From the NCBI RefSeq assembly GCF_963921235.1, contig NW_026948113.1, positions 248,001 through 312,000 of the forward strand: DNA of 64,000 nucleotides, given 5' to 3'. The position numbers were made by a program, and so were the translations under genes. The notes beneath the pieces were generated by a model that was not told the DNA's origin, did no database searches, and saw only the letters and a program-made list of their open reading frames with translations. This stretch comes from Mobula hypostoma (taxonomy: Eukaryota). Numbering within the stretch: position 1 is the stretch's first letter; each line of letters begins with the position of its first letter. This document shows positions 36,253 to 47,600 of the stretch, in pieces.

Positions 36253-37179
36253 TCTGCAATTCCGACTGCCTGTGTCACAGCATTGACAAATCTACTTTAG
36301 GCGCAGTATGAAACATCACAAGCAAAACATTAGAGTGATTTGCTGGAATTTCATAAATCATGTATTTGTGGAATAATTATTCCGAGGCAGTTGGATTCTG
36401 GCCAATTCTAGTGTTTTCATAGGACGGTGAGATTCAGTATATCCGTTACTCGTCAGAGCTCGGTTACACCTTATCCATTTAAGATGCCTCAGATCATACC
36501 ATAATAATGCTAAAAAATTAACTAGGTAGTTACCATTTTGCAGTCTCCTGTGACAATAAACTTGCATTGTACAAATGTACTGAAAATGTACAAATGGCGT
36601 GAATATTAGATTTTTTGCATCAGCAGCACAGTACATAAGTTGACATGAACTTAAATTAACATGCATTTTATGTAACTTACACGATAAAATAAACATCATA
36701 AACAAAACGATATTAATGCAAATCGAGAGAGAAAAAGACATTATAGGAAGATAAATACGGAAACGAAATATGATTCAGATTATTCAATAATGCAAGGACA
36801 AATGGACTTTTTGTCGTAAGTGTATACTTGTAAAATTTATGTTTTGTTGCGTATGCTGCTTACATGATGCTATTTGCCTGTAATACCTTTACACATAAGC
36901 TTTTATTGCACTTGTGTATATCTGTACTTGCGCATATGACAACAAACTCGAATTATACATTAAGTTAGACATTTATGTTATAAACTCTCACCTAGTTATT
37001 ATCCTTTTGCAATGGCCCGGGTTACCCAACTATGATGCTAAAACAAAATCTCAGCTAGGGTTTATCCTTTGGCAATGGCTCTGGTTACCCAATATTAATG
37101 TTAAAAACTGCTCTAAACATTTCTTGTTTTGCATTTCTTCTTACAGGGAACACAGGGTTTGCAGACCTGGGATTAATAT

Positions 37180-37440
37180 CCGATGAGTCACGCAGCCTGT
37201 TACTGACACAAGTCGCCGCCCTCCCGTTCAGCTGCGCAAATGCGCATGCTATGTTTATACTAATTTCACAAGTCGCTTAGAGAGAAATCTGACGGATTCC
37301 CGGAATTACCGTTTCAGGCTCCAGTCCAAGTGACTTTTGTTCCTACACTCTGAACCCAACATAGCCCGGTCATCGCTAAGAGTTCAACTGGCCTGCGCTT
37401 TCGACTCTGGTCTTACCGCAGGAGAACCTGAAACTTCGGT
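37180..37440. promoter_or_regulatory. Second CpG-rich regulatory cluster (distal B2M enhancer or divergent promoter)
   Basis: TGAGTCA (AP-1) 37184-37190; GC box about 37216; TGCGCATGC (NRF1-like) 37241-37249; perfect GAS/ETS TTCCCGGAA 37297-37305; ISRE-like GAACCTGAAACT 37424-37435. Confidence 0.55.
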
Positions 37441-39189
37441 AAATCCCGGCACAGTGCTTAGATTGATATTGACGAAATCCTGTCAAATCTGAACACGTTT
37501 ATTGTTATAAACAATAAAACAAATGTGAAACTGAATCTACCTGCGACAGAATCTGCGGCCCCAAAGTCAATTTACAGTGTGATTGAAGCTGAACATATTG
37601 TTAATCGCGCAATCACTTCAGTTGAGGCCTAAATGTGTCAGTCTTCTTTATTTTCAATTTTCAATGCTCAGAATTTAGAGAATATTGGAGACTCAAGAAC
37701 AATATCGTCCCTACTGCAGCAGTTTCAAAATTGTAAAGGAGGGGAGGAAATTGAATCCAGGGGATTTCCAGAACTGAAAACAGAATCTCCTAAAATTCCT
37801 AAGTCGTGTCTACGGAGAGATAAACACAATTAATGTTGCAGATCGAAACATTTTAAATGTCGGGGAATTTATGGTTTTGGATCGCGTTCAATTTTTTTTT
37901 TGGTAAATTGTACACTTGAAGTTGTACTAGACGCTGGTGAGGTCGCATTTGGAATATTGTGTTCAGTTTTGGTTACCCCAGAATAGAAAATATGTTGTTA
38001 AACTGGAAAAAGTGCAGAGGAGACTTACCAGGGTGCTGCTGGGACTCCGGAGACTGAGTTATGGAGTTAGGTTGAGCAGGTAGGGACCTTTTACACTGGA
38101 GCATATGAGACTGGGGGTGGTCTTATAGAGGTATTTAAAAGCATGAAGTGCACAGATAGGGTCAATCCATACAGGATCCACTTCCATGCTGTATGACTAT
38201 GACTCTCAGTAATACTTTATTCCCCTCTCTCTCTCAATTTCTGGTATGTGTTTTGTGCCCTCTTTTGAGAAGGAAGATGACTTACACTGTCAGTTCCTTG
38301 TACTCTTTTTTTAAGGACATGAGAAATTGCTTCAGGAATGGGCAATCCAGCCTTCTAAACCTGCTTCCCCAATTATTAAGGCCAGCAGAGGTCTGACACA
38401 GAGAAATAGATGAGGCCTGGAGCAGATCACCCATACTGAATGACAGGGCAGGCTTAAGAGGGTGTGGCCTATCCTGCTGCTATTTTCTTATGTTCCAGAT
38501 CATGGCTCATATTCTAGTTCAGTAGTATGTTCCAGCATGAACCCTGAACGGTCTATTTCTGTGCCTTAGTACCCTATCACTCTATGGATGTACATTTGTT
38601 CTAATGAACAGCAGAACAAATTTCCTCTCACTCTCCACTTTTAGTAATTGTTCTTCCTTGTCAGCTGTGTGTGTATTTTGCTGCCATTCCTTGCATCATT
38701 GTGGAGTTATGATTACCGTAGCCAGAGATTTTTGTGTATTTTCTGACTTATGGAGTTTTTTGCAAAGTACAGCACAGAAACAGGCCCTTCAGTCCATCTA
38801 GACTGTGCCGTACCAATTAAACTGCCTAGTCCTATTGACCTGTACCAGGACCACAGCCATCCAAACCTCTACTATCCAAGTACCTTTCCAAACTTCCTTT
38901 AACGTTGAAATCAAGCTTACATGCACCACTTGTGTGTGGCAGCTCGTTCTGCACTCTCACAACCTTCAGAGTGAAGACGTTTCCTCGCATGTTCCCCTTG
39001 TATTTAAGGCAGAGATTGATAGGTATCTGAGTAGCCAGGGCATCAAAGGTTATGGTGAGAAGTGGGGGGGGTGGAGTGGGACTAAATGGGAGAATGGATC
39101 AGCTCATGATAAAATAGCGGCGCAGACTCGATGGGCCAAATGGCCGACTTCTGCTCCTTTGTTTTATGGTCTTAAACTCTTCACCTTTC

Positions 39190-40380
39190 ACTCTTAATCC
39201 ATCATCTTTCATTGTAATCCCACCCAATCTCAGCGGAAAAGACTGCTTGCATTTACCCTATCTATACGACTCATATTTTTGTATACCTCGATCGAATCTG
39301 CCCTCAGTCTTCTACATTCCAGGGAATAATGCCCTGACCTAGTCAATCTGTACTTATTACTCAGGTCCTCCAGTCCCAGCAGCATCCTTGTAATTTTTCT
39401 GTACTCTCTCTCAGCCTTATTTACATCCTGTAGGTAGGTGACCAAAACTGCACACAGTACTCCAAATTAGGCCTCACTAGGCCTCATATACAATTTCAAC
39501 TTAACATCCCATCTCCTGTACACTGCACTTTGGCATATGAAGGCCAATGTGCTAAAAGCTTTCTTTATGACACTATCTACCTGTGATGCCATTTTCAACA
39601 AATTATGGACCTGTATTCCCAGATCCCTTTGTTCTATCGCATTCAGTGCCTTGCTGCTCACCGTGTAAGACCTACCCTGGTTGGTCCTACTGAAGTGCAA
39701 CACCTCGCACTTGTCTGCATTAAATTCCATCTGCTATTTTTCAGTCCCATTTTTCCAGCTGGTCCAGATCCTGCTGTGAGCTCTGATAGTCTTCCTCGCA
39801 ATATTGGTGTCATCTGCAAATTTGCTAATCTAGTTAGCCACATTCTCATCCAGATGATTGATATAGATGACAAATAATAACAGACACAGCAGTCACCGGT
39901 ACTCCACTAGTCAGAGTCCTCCAGTCTGGCTTCACCCCCAAAGCCAATGTCTAATCCAATTTACTAACTCATGTTCAATGTCAAGCAACTGAACCTTACT
40001 GACCAACCTCCCATGTAAGACATGTCAAATGCCTTGCTAAATTCAATATAGTCAATATCCATTGCCTTGCCTTCATCAACTTTCCTGGTAGTTTCCTTGA
40101 AAAACTCTGTAAGTTTTCTTAGACATCACCTACCACTCTCAAAGCTATGCTGATTATCCCTGATCATTCCCCATCTAACCAAATACCTATATATTCAGAC
40201 CCGAATACCTTTCAATAACTTTCCTACTATGATGTTAGACTCACCAGCCTATAATTTCCTGGTTTAGTTTTAGGGCCTTTTAGAGTGGAATAACATTAGC
40301 AGTTCTCCAACCCTCTGGTACGTCACCTGTCGCTAAGGATGATTTAAATATCTCTGCTAGGACCCCTGCAATTTCTGATT
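39190..40380 (-). mobile_element. Degenerate CR1 RT fragment
   Basis: MEFNADKCEVLHF...RDLGIQVHN and YRKITRMLLGLEDL motifs in shifted frames. Confidence 0.85.
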
Positions 40381-40559
40381 TCTTCCTTAAGTGTTCTCTT
40401 GCATTTCATATACACCTTAAGTACCTCATTTGTTCCTACCTGCCTATACCTGCTATGCATCTCCCAATTTTCATTAGCAGGGCTTCAATATCTCTTGAAA
40501 ACCAAGGATCCCTAAACCCGTTATCTTTTGCCATCGTCAGGTCGCATCTGGAATTTCCA

Positions 40560-42910
40560 GTTGGCGGGCTATTTCCCTCCATGCTTCTCTGTCCCAACAC
40601 TTGTCCACAACATCCCTAGTCTTGTCCAGCTTGGTCCAATCCTTCTTGATATCCAGTCAATTTGTTCTTTGCCTTCATCTTCCTTTCTTTCCCTCCACCT
40701 TTCCATATAGAAAATCCAACAAGATGTTATCTCTCTGCATAACGTGTCCACAATAAGCAACTTTTAACTTCATAATCTTCTCCAGCAATATCCATGGTCT
40801 ACCAACTTCAGACAAAACCCTCTCATTTGAAACTTTCTCTACCCAGCTGATCTTCTACATTCGTCAATAGGAGCACATTTCAAAAGCAGTCATTCATTTT
40901 ATGTCATCCTTCTTCAGGGTCCATGTTTCTGATCCACACCTCAGCACTGACCATACATAACACTCGAGGAAGTGGATTCTACTGCATAGTAGATCTTTTA
41001 GCTTCATGAACTGGGTCTTAGCATACCTATTCTCCTTCTGATCTCAACTTCACATCTCCCGTCATCTGTCAGACAACTGCCAAGATATTCAAACTTTCAC
41101 ACCTGTTCAATGTCTGGTCCATTCACTTGTAACGATATCATCATGAATGAGTCTTTAGAGTTTACTTTGCTTACCACCATCGATTTTGTTTTCTTAGGGT
41201 TGATCTTTAGTCCATAGTCAAGGCTTTGCTCATTCACTTTAGTCAGCATAATTTGCAGTTCACATTCGCCGTCAGCTAACAACGCGGTGTCGTCCGCATA
41301 CCTGATGTTATCCACCTCCAGCCTCCGATTGGAATACCTGTCTCCTGATGGTTGCATTCCCGAAAAATCCATTCTCCGTAGAGGTTGAACAAATCCAGCG
41401 GTACAACATAGCCTTGCCTTGTGCCTCATTTAATACATGCCCATGGTGATAGCTCTTTTTCTACCCTGACCACTGCTTTCTGTTTCCAATCCAAGTTCTT
41501 TATTATCTGCACATTCTCCCACCCCAGATCGAACTTGTTCAGCACTTCTATTACTTTCTTGTGTCTTACTTTATCAAAAGCCTTTTCATAGTCAATAAAC
41601 ATAAGTAAATGGTCTTTTGTGCCTCAATGCATCTGTCCATGATGTTTCTCAATGCAAATATTCATTCTCTTATTCCTGAGCCTTTATGAAAACCAGACTG
41701 TTTCTCCAATTTCATCGCTGATTGTACCTTTCATTCTGCCGAACGCTATTTTCAACAGTAGCTTGACGCAATGAGACATTATGTTTATTGTCCTGTGTTC
41801 GTTACATCTTATCATCCTTGGCCTTTTTGGTAAGGCGATAAATACTGATTTGAAAAAGTCATAATACTGTTGTTTAATATCACTAAAAGGTTTGTTTTTT
41901 TTCCGTTCGGACCAAGTGATATCAGAATTTCAATGGAAATCGTATCTTCACCAGCCACCTTTCTGACTTTTAGACTCCAAATCGCACTTTCCATCTCTGA
42001 CATCAATATTTTAGGTTGATTAGTCATTTGATTTAATTCTGGTAAATCCTTAATCCTGTTATCTTCAAATAATTCCAAGATGTACTTAACCCGTCTGTCC
42101 ATGACCTCTTCTTTTTCATAGCATGGATTACCACTACTGTCTTCGATACACCCAGTTGATGGCATGGTCCTCTTTAATTTCGTCATATCCTTTACCTTTT
42201 GGTGAAGGTCTCTGTAATCATGACTTTGTTCATACTGCTCAATTTCTTTGCACCGTTCATTCATCCAATTCTCTTTTGCTTCCTTACATTTTCTTTGAAT
42301 CAAGCAGTGTAGGGCGTGATGCACTATCAATAACTCCAAAAGACTGGAAGTAAAGTGAATACTGAAAGGCTTTTATTAGCAGTAAAATGTGACCTCCACC
42401 ATGCTGAGTATCTGCCCCTGGACTGAGGAGGAGCAATAGCGCAATCACCTTTATTTAGGGATCTGTGGGAGGAGCCACGTGAGCAGTCAGCAGAGGGGCG
42501 TGGCCAGACAGGTAACCAAGTTACAACATATATATATGGTTTACCACAGGGCTTTGCTCATTTATCCCAATGTTTTACCTTCCTTCTTTCTTCAGTTAAC
42601 TTTCTCAACTCATCGGTGAACCAAGGGTTATGTCTCTTGCTCTTTTTCCGATAACCCAAGGACTTTTCTGCAACTTCTGTCACTGGTGTTTTAAACTCTT
42701 CCTAGATGTTCTCCACTGCCATTTTGCTTTATCTTTACTTTTTCTGATAGGCACATACAAGCTTTGTCCTCACAGAATTTCTCTTATGAAGGCCAAATTC
42801 ACCTTTACCAGAAAACTAGTCAGATTCTTTCTGATGCCATCAAAATTGGCCTTTCTACAATTTAGAATCTCAACCCACAGACCAGACCTATCCTTTTCCA
42901 TTTTTACTTT
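40560..42910 (-). mobile_element. RTE-clade LINE, degenerate
   Basis: NIRYADDTALLAD...YGLKINPKKTKSMV RT motif; CKEAKENWMNERCKEIE linker typical of RTE ORFs. Confidence 0.85.
42308..42548 (-). mobile_element. Short solo-LTR-like insertion in the RTE
   Basis: TGT...ACA termini with minus-strand AATAAA motifs, interrupting RTE coding. No clean TSD is seen. Confidence 0.5.
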
Positions 42911-45094
42911 GAAACTATTGGCATTACGATTACTAGGTGCAAAGTATTCCCCCACACAAACTTCTGCTACCTGCCCTCTCTCATTCCTTAGCATGACAGT
43001 GCCTCTACTTCCAGCATCCATTATCAAAGATCCTCACCACCCAGGCCATGCTCTTTTCTTGCTGCTGCCATCAGGTAGAAGATCGAGGTGCCTCGGGATT
43101 CATACTATCCCTCACCCATCAGGCTGTAGAACAATGGGGGATAACTACACTCATTAAAGGACTCATTTATCTTGTTATTTCATGCTTGTTATTTATTGCT
43201 ATTTATTTACCTCTGTACTTGCACAGTTTATTGTTCATTGATCCCATTTACTGTTACTGTTCTATAGATTTGCTAAGTATGCCCGCAGGAAAAAGAATCT
43301 CAGGGTTGTATGTGGTGACATGTATGTACTCTGATAATAAATTTAGTTTGAACTTTGAACTTTTGAACTTTAATAGCAGCTCAAGTATCGCACACTCTCT
43401 CATTGGGACTTTCATGTACTGATTCAGGAAACTTTCCGAAACACATTTGTTAAGCACTAGTCCGTCTTTTACAGTATGGGAGGCCTAGTCCATGTGCGTA
43501 AAGTTAAAATGACCTACTATAACAACCTTATGTTTCTTGCAACAGTTGCAATCTCTCCACAAATTTGTTCCTCTAAATCCCACAGACTGTTGGGTAGTCA
43601 GTAATATAGCCCCATGAACAAGGTCATGTCTTTCTTATTCGCAAACACGAGGAAATCTGCAGATGCTGGAAATTCAAGCAACACACAAAAAATGCTGGTG
43701 GAGCGTCGACTGTACCTCTTCTTATAGATGCTACCTGGCCTGCTGCGTTCCACCAGCATTTTTTTTACAAGGTCACCAGTACTTTGTCTCCTTATATATC
43801 ACAGGGAGAGTTCCTTAGGGTCACAGGCTGGGGAATCACAAACGAGAAGACACAGGTCTAGAGCAAGAGGGGTGAGACTTAATAGGAACCCGAGGGGCAA
43901 CATTTTCACCAAGAGGCTGTTCAGTATATGGAATGATCTGCCAGAGGAAGTGATTGAAGCAGAAACATTAACAACACTTAAAAGGAACTTTGGCAGGTGC
44001 ACGGATAGGAAAAAGTTGGAAAGATATGTGTCAAACGCAGCCTAGCTTAAATGGACCAGATGGGCTGAATGGTCTGTTTTCTCTGTTGTATGACTTTATG
44101 TGATCAATGTTTTCGGTTGGCTTCCTGTGATTACTTGACAACAAAAGTGGTCTGCCCCAGCTCTGTCTTGATCCTTCCTGGGCTGGCTGACGGGTATCCT
44201 CCAGGAGAGCAGGGGTTACTCATAGTGACTCCTCCAGCTCCAAGCGAAAAGAAGGAGCAAAAACGGCAGGAATGTGAATATGTGGAGAAGGCAAGCCCAG
44301 ATACAAAATGGAGGCGGTGTGCTGTTCGTGGTAAACACACGGTGCTGGGTTGAGCCCTTTCTGCGCTGAAACTGTGCCAAATGAAAGTGAAAGAGTTGGG
44401 TTTTGATTGTGTCATGCAGTATGTGTGATAAGAAAAGAGGGGGATTTCCAGCACAACAGTCCTATTCAGCATTGCCCCACCCTTCAGCCGGTTTTTACTG
44501 CTTCTTTTTTCACTCCTACCACCCTACTCCTATTACAGTATTGCCTGTTATTTCTGTATGTCCTTAACAAGGCCATTTGACCCACTGAGTCTATTCTAGC
44601 TCTCAGAGCAATCCCATTCTCTATAATTTAGTCTCCCCACATTCCAATTAATTCCCACATCCACCTGCATAGATGGAGCAATGTACAGCATGCAATTAAC
44701 CATATGGGGGGAAACCGGAGCACCTGGGGGAACTCATGGAGTCACAGAGGGCACCAGAGGTTAGGATCAAACTCAAATTCCTCAGACTGCGAGGCTGCTC
44801 CACACACTGTGCCACTGAGCCAGTCACAGTGTTTCCTTCCTTGGGCCTCCTTTAGTAATATCCCTTTCCTTCAATAGCATTCTGCACTGGGGACTTAAAA
44901 CGTTTGGATCATAGACAAGCCACGATTTCAATATCAAAGTTAAACAACAAACTTCCATGATTACCTACACAAGAGATTGAGGATGCTAGAATCTGGAGCA
45001 ACAAACTATCTGCTGGAGGAACTCAGTGGGTTGAGCAGCATTTGTGGGGGAAAGAAAGTGTCAGTGTATCGGGCTGATACCCTGCATCAGGACT

Positions 45095-47600
45095 TCCCTG
45101 TGATCTGACTCGGAGGCTGTCTCTCAGGAGGGCAAACCCTCCCAAGGCAGCAGGCCCTGATGGGGTACCTGGTCAGGCTCTGAAAACTCGTGCCAACCAA
45201 CTGGTGGGAGAGTCCAAAGACATTTTCAATCTCTCACTGCTACAGTCAGAAGTTCCCACCAGATTCAAAAGGGCAACGACTATATCAATGCCCAAGAAGA
45301 GCAGTACAAGCTGTCTTAATGACTATCATCCAGTAGCACTCACAACTACGGTGATGAAATGCTTTGGGAGGCTGGTCATGGCCAGATTTAACTCCTGCCT
45401 GCAAGGACCTGGACCCATTGCAATTTGCCTGTCATCACAATAGGTCTACAGCAGATGCAATCTCATTGGTTCTCCAAGTGGCCTTAGATCACCTGGACAA
45501 TACAGATACCCATGTCAGGCTGCTGTTTATTAACTATAGCTCAGCGTTTAACACCATTATTCCTACAGTCCTGATCAAAAAGCTACAGAACCTGGGCCTC
45601 TGTAGCTCCCTCTGCAACTGGATACTCGACATCCTAACTGGAAGATCACAATTTGAGCGGATTGGTAATAATATCTCGGCCTCCATGACTCACTGGCACA
45701 CCTCAGGGATGTGTGCTTAGTCCACTACTCTACAATCTTGTTACAAGATTCACTCCTCATAATAATAATAATAATAATCAGTGATGCACAAAAAGAATCT
45801 GTATTTACCGATATTTATTATCTCAATGGAGGAACACTTGAACTTGCACAGCCAATACCTGTGTGCACACCAGCTAAGTTTTCATGACCTTCCATGAGCA
45901 GTCAAAGTGCAGTAAAGATATTACCAGTTAAAAGGGAGTTTCTGCTGCTGACCACATGTTCCTCAGAGTCCTGTTTCAGATCTCCACGTGATTGGGGCAC
46001 CTCACATCCGCGATAGTTGTTCACATTTGTGGCTGAAGGACTACATGCTGAGGGGTGCACCGGAACTTGGTGCAACCACTGCAAGGGCCCGGTGGGGAAG
46101 GACCATGGTTTAGGGTTCTTCTCCCGTGGGAGTGAGAGGGGTTAGGTGGCGAGGACTATACCCCTCAACAGTGGTTATACAATATGAACCAACAGAGTGC
46201 CATGTAAGTGGCTGAAATTGTGAAACTGTATAGAATGTAATGGTAATGTCTGTAAAGAATTTAGAGTTATTGAATAGTTTGTTATAAGTAATTTTATTGC
46301 GAGGAAAGTATATTTTGTTAATAAAATAAAGTTGTTCTCCTACAGAGTAACCACTGCCAGCAAACTATAAGTGGCTGCTTTTATATTCATTCCTTACCAA
46401 TTCAAATGGTACATTCCAGTGTCAATGGCTGTAGGTCATGTATCTAACCTTTAACACCTTTTTATTGGCTATTCTCCAGGCCAACATCCACTTATTGTCT
46501 TCTTCCCTGCAAGTGACAATTGGCAATCGATGGCTCTTTATTCTCAATCAGCATCTACTTGAATCACACAGACCAGACAGAGACCACATTTACAAACCTG
46601 CATGCTATATCCAACCCAAAAACAGCACTCAAATAACTTCTCATTTGGAAATGATTCCTCGTTCAGTCGATTCCCTGAGGCATCATTGAGTCAACTTTAC
46701 AAGATTGATTACTTTAGCACAAAATGGAGAACTCTTTCATAAAATGGCAGCCTCCATCTCCCCCCTTATGGTACGAACAAAGACAATTGGTCCATCTGCT
46801 TCCGCTATGTTTGCTTCATTCGAATTCACTGATTTGCAGACTGTAGTTCTTTATGGCTAACACTCTTTACATCCATGACTTCATGGCTAGATACTATCAT
46901 TGTTGGCAGAATCTCAGATGCTGACGAGAGGACATATAGGAGGGAGATATACCAGCTAGTTGAATGGTGTCACAGCAACAACCTTGCACTCAAGAGTCAG
47001 TAAAACCAAAGAGCTGATTGTGGACTTCATATAGGGTAAGGTGAAGGAACATACACCAATCCTAACAGAGGGAGCTGATGTGGAGAGAGTGAGCAATTTC
47101 AAGTTCCTGGGTGTTAGTATCTCTGAGAATCTGATCTATTCGCAGCATATCGATGCAGCTACAAAGAAGGCAAGAGCGTCTATATTTCATTAGAAATTTG
47201 AGGAGATTTGGAATTTCACCTAAAACACTCGAAAATTTCTACAGATGTATCGCGGGGAGTATTCGGACTGGCTGCATCACCGTCAGGTATGGGGGGCTGC
47301 TACTGCACAGGATCAAAGTATTCTGCGGAGCATTGTAAAATTAGTCAGCTCCATCATGGGTATTAGCCTCTGTAGTATCGAAGATATCTTCATGGAGCGG
47401 TGCTTCAAAAAAGAACCCCCACCACCCAGACATGCTCTCTTCTCACCGTTACCATTAGGAAGGAAGTACAGAAGCCAGAAAGCACACACTCAAAAACTCA
47501 GGAACAGCTTCTTTCCCCCCGCCATCTGGTCTCTGAACGGACACTGAAACACGACCTCACTACGTTTTTTATTTATGTGTTTGCGCTACTTATTTAACTA
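45095..47600 (+). mobile_element. Rex1/Babar LINE (RT to 3' UTR) split by an insertion of about 1.1 kb
   Basis: [31 protein letters not shown] and [11 protein letters not shown] end at about 45730. LYTHD...DTTIVGRIS resumes at about 46860. Confidence 0.8.
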
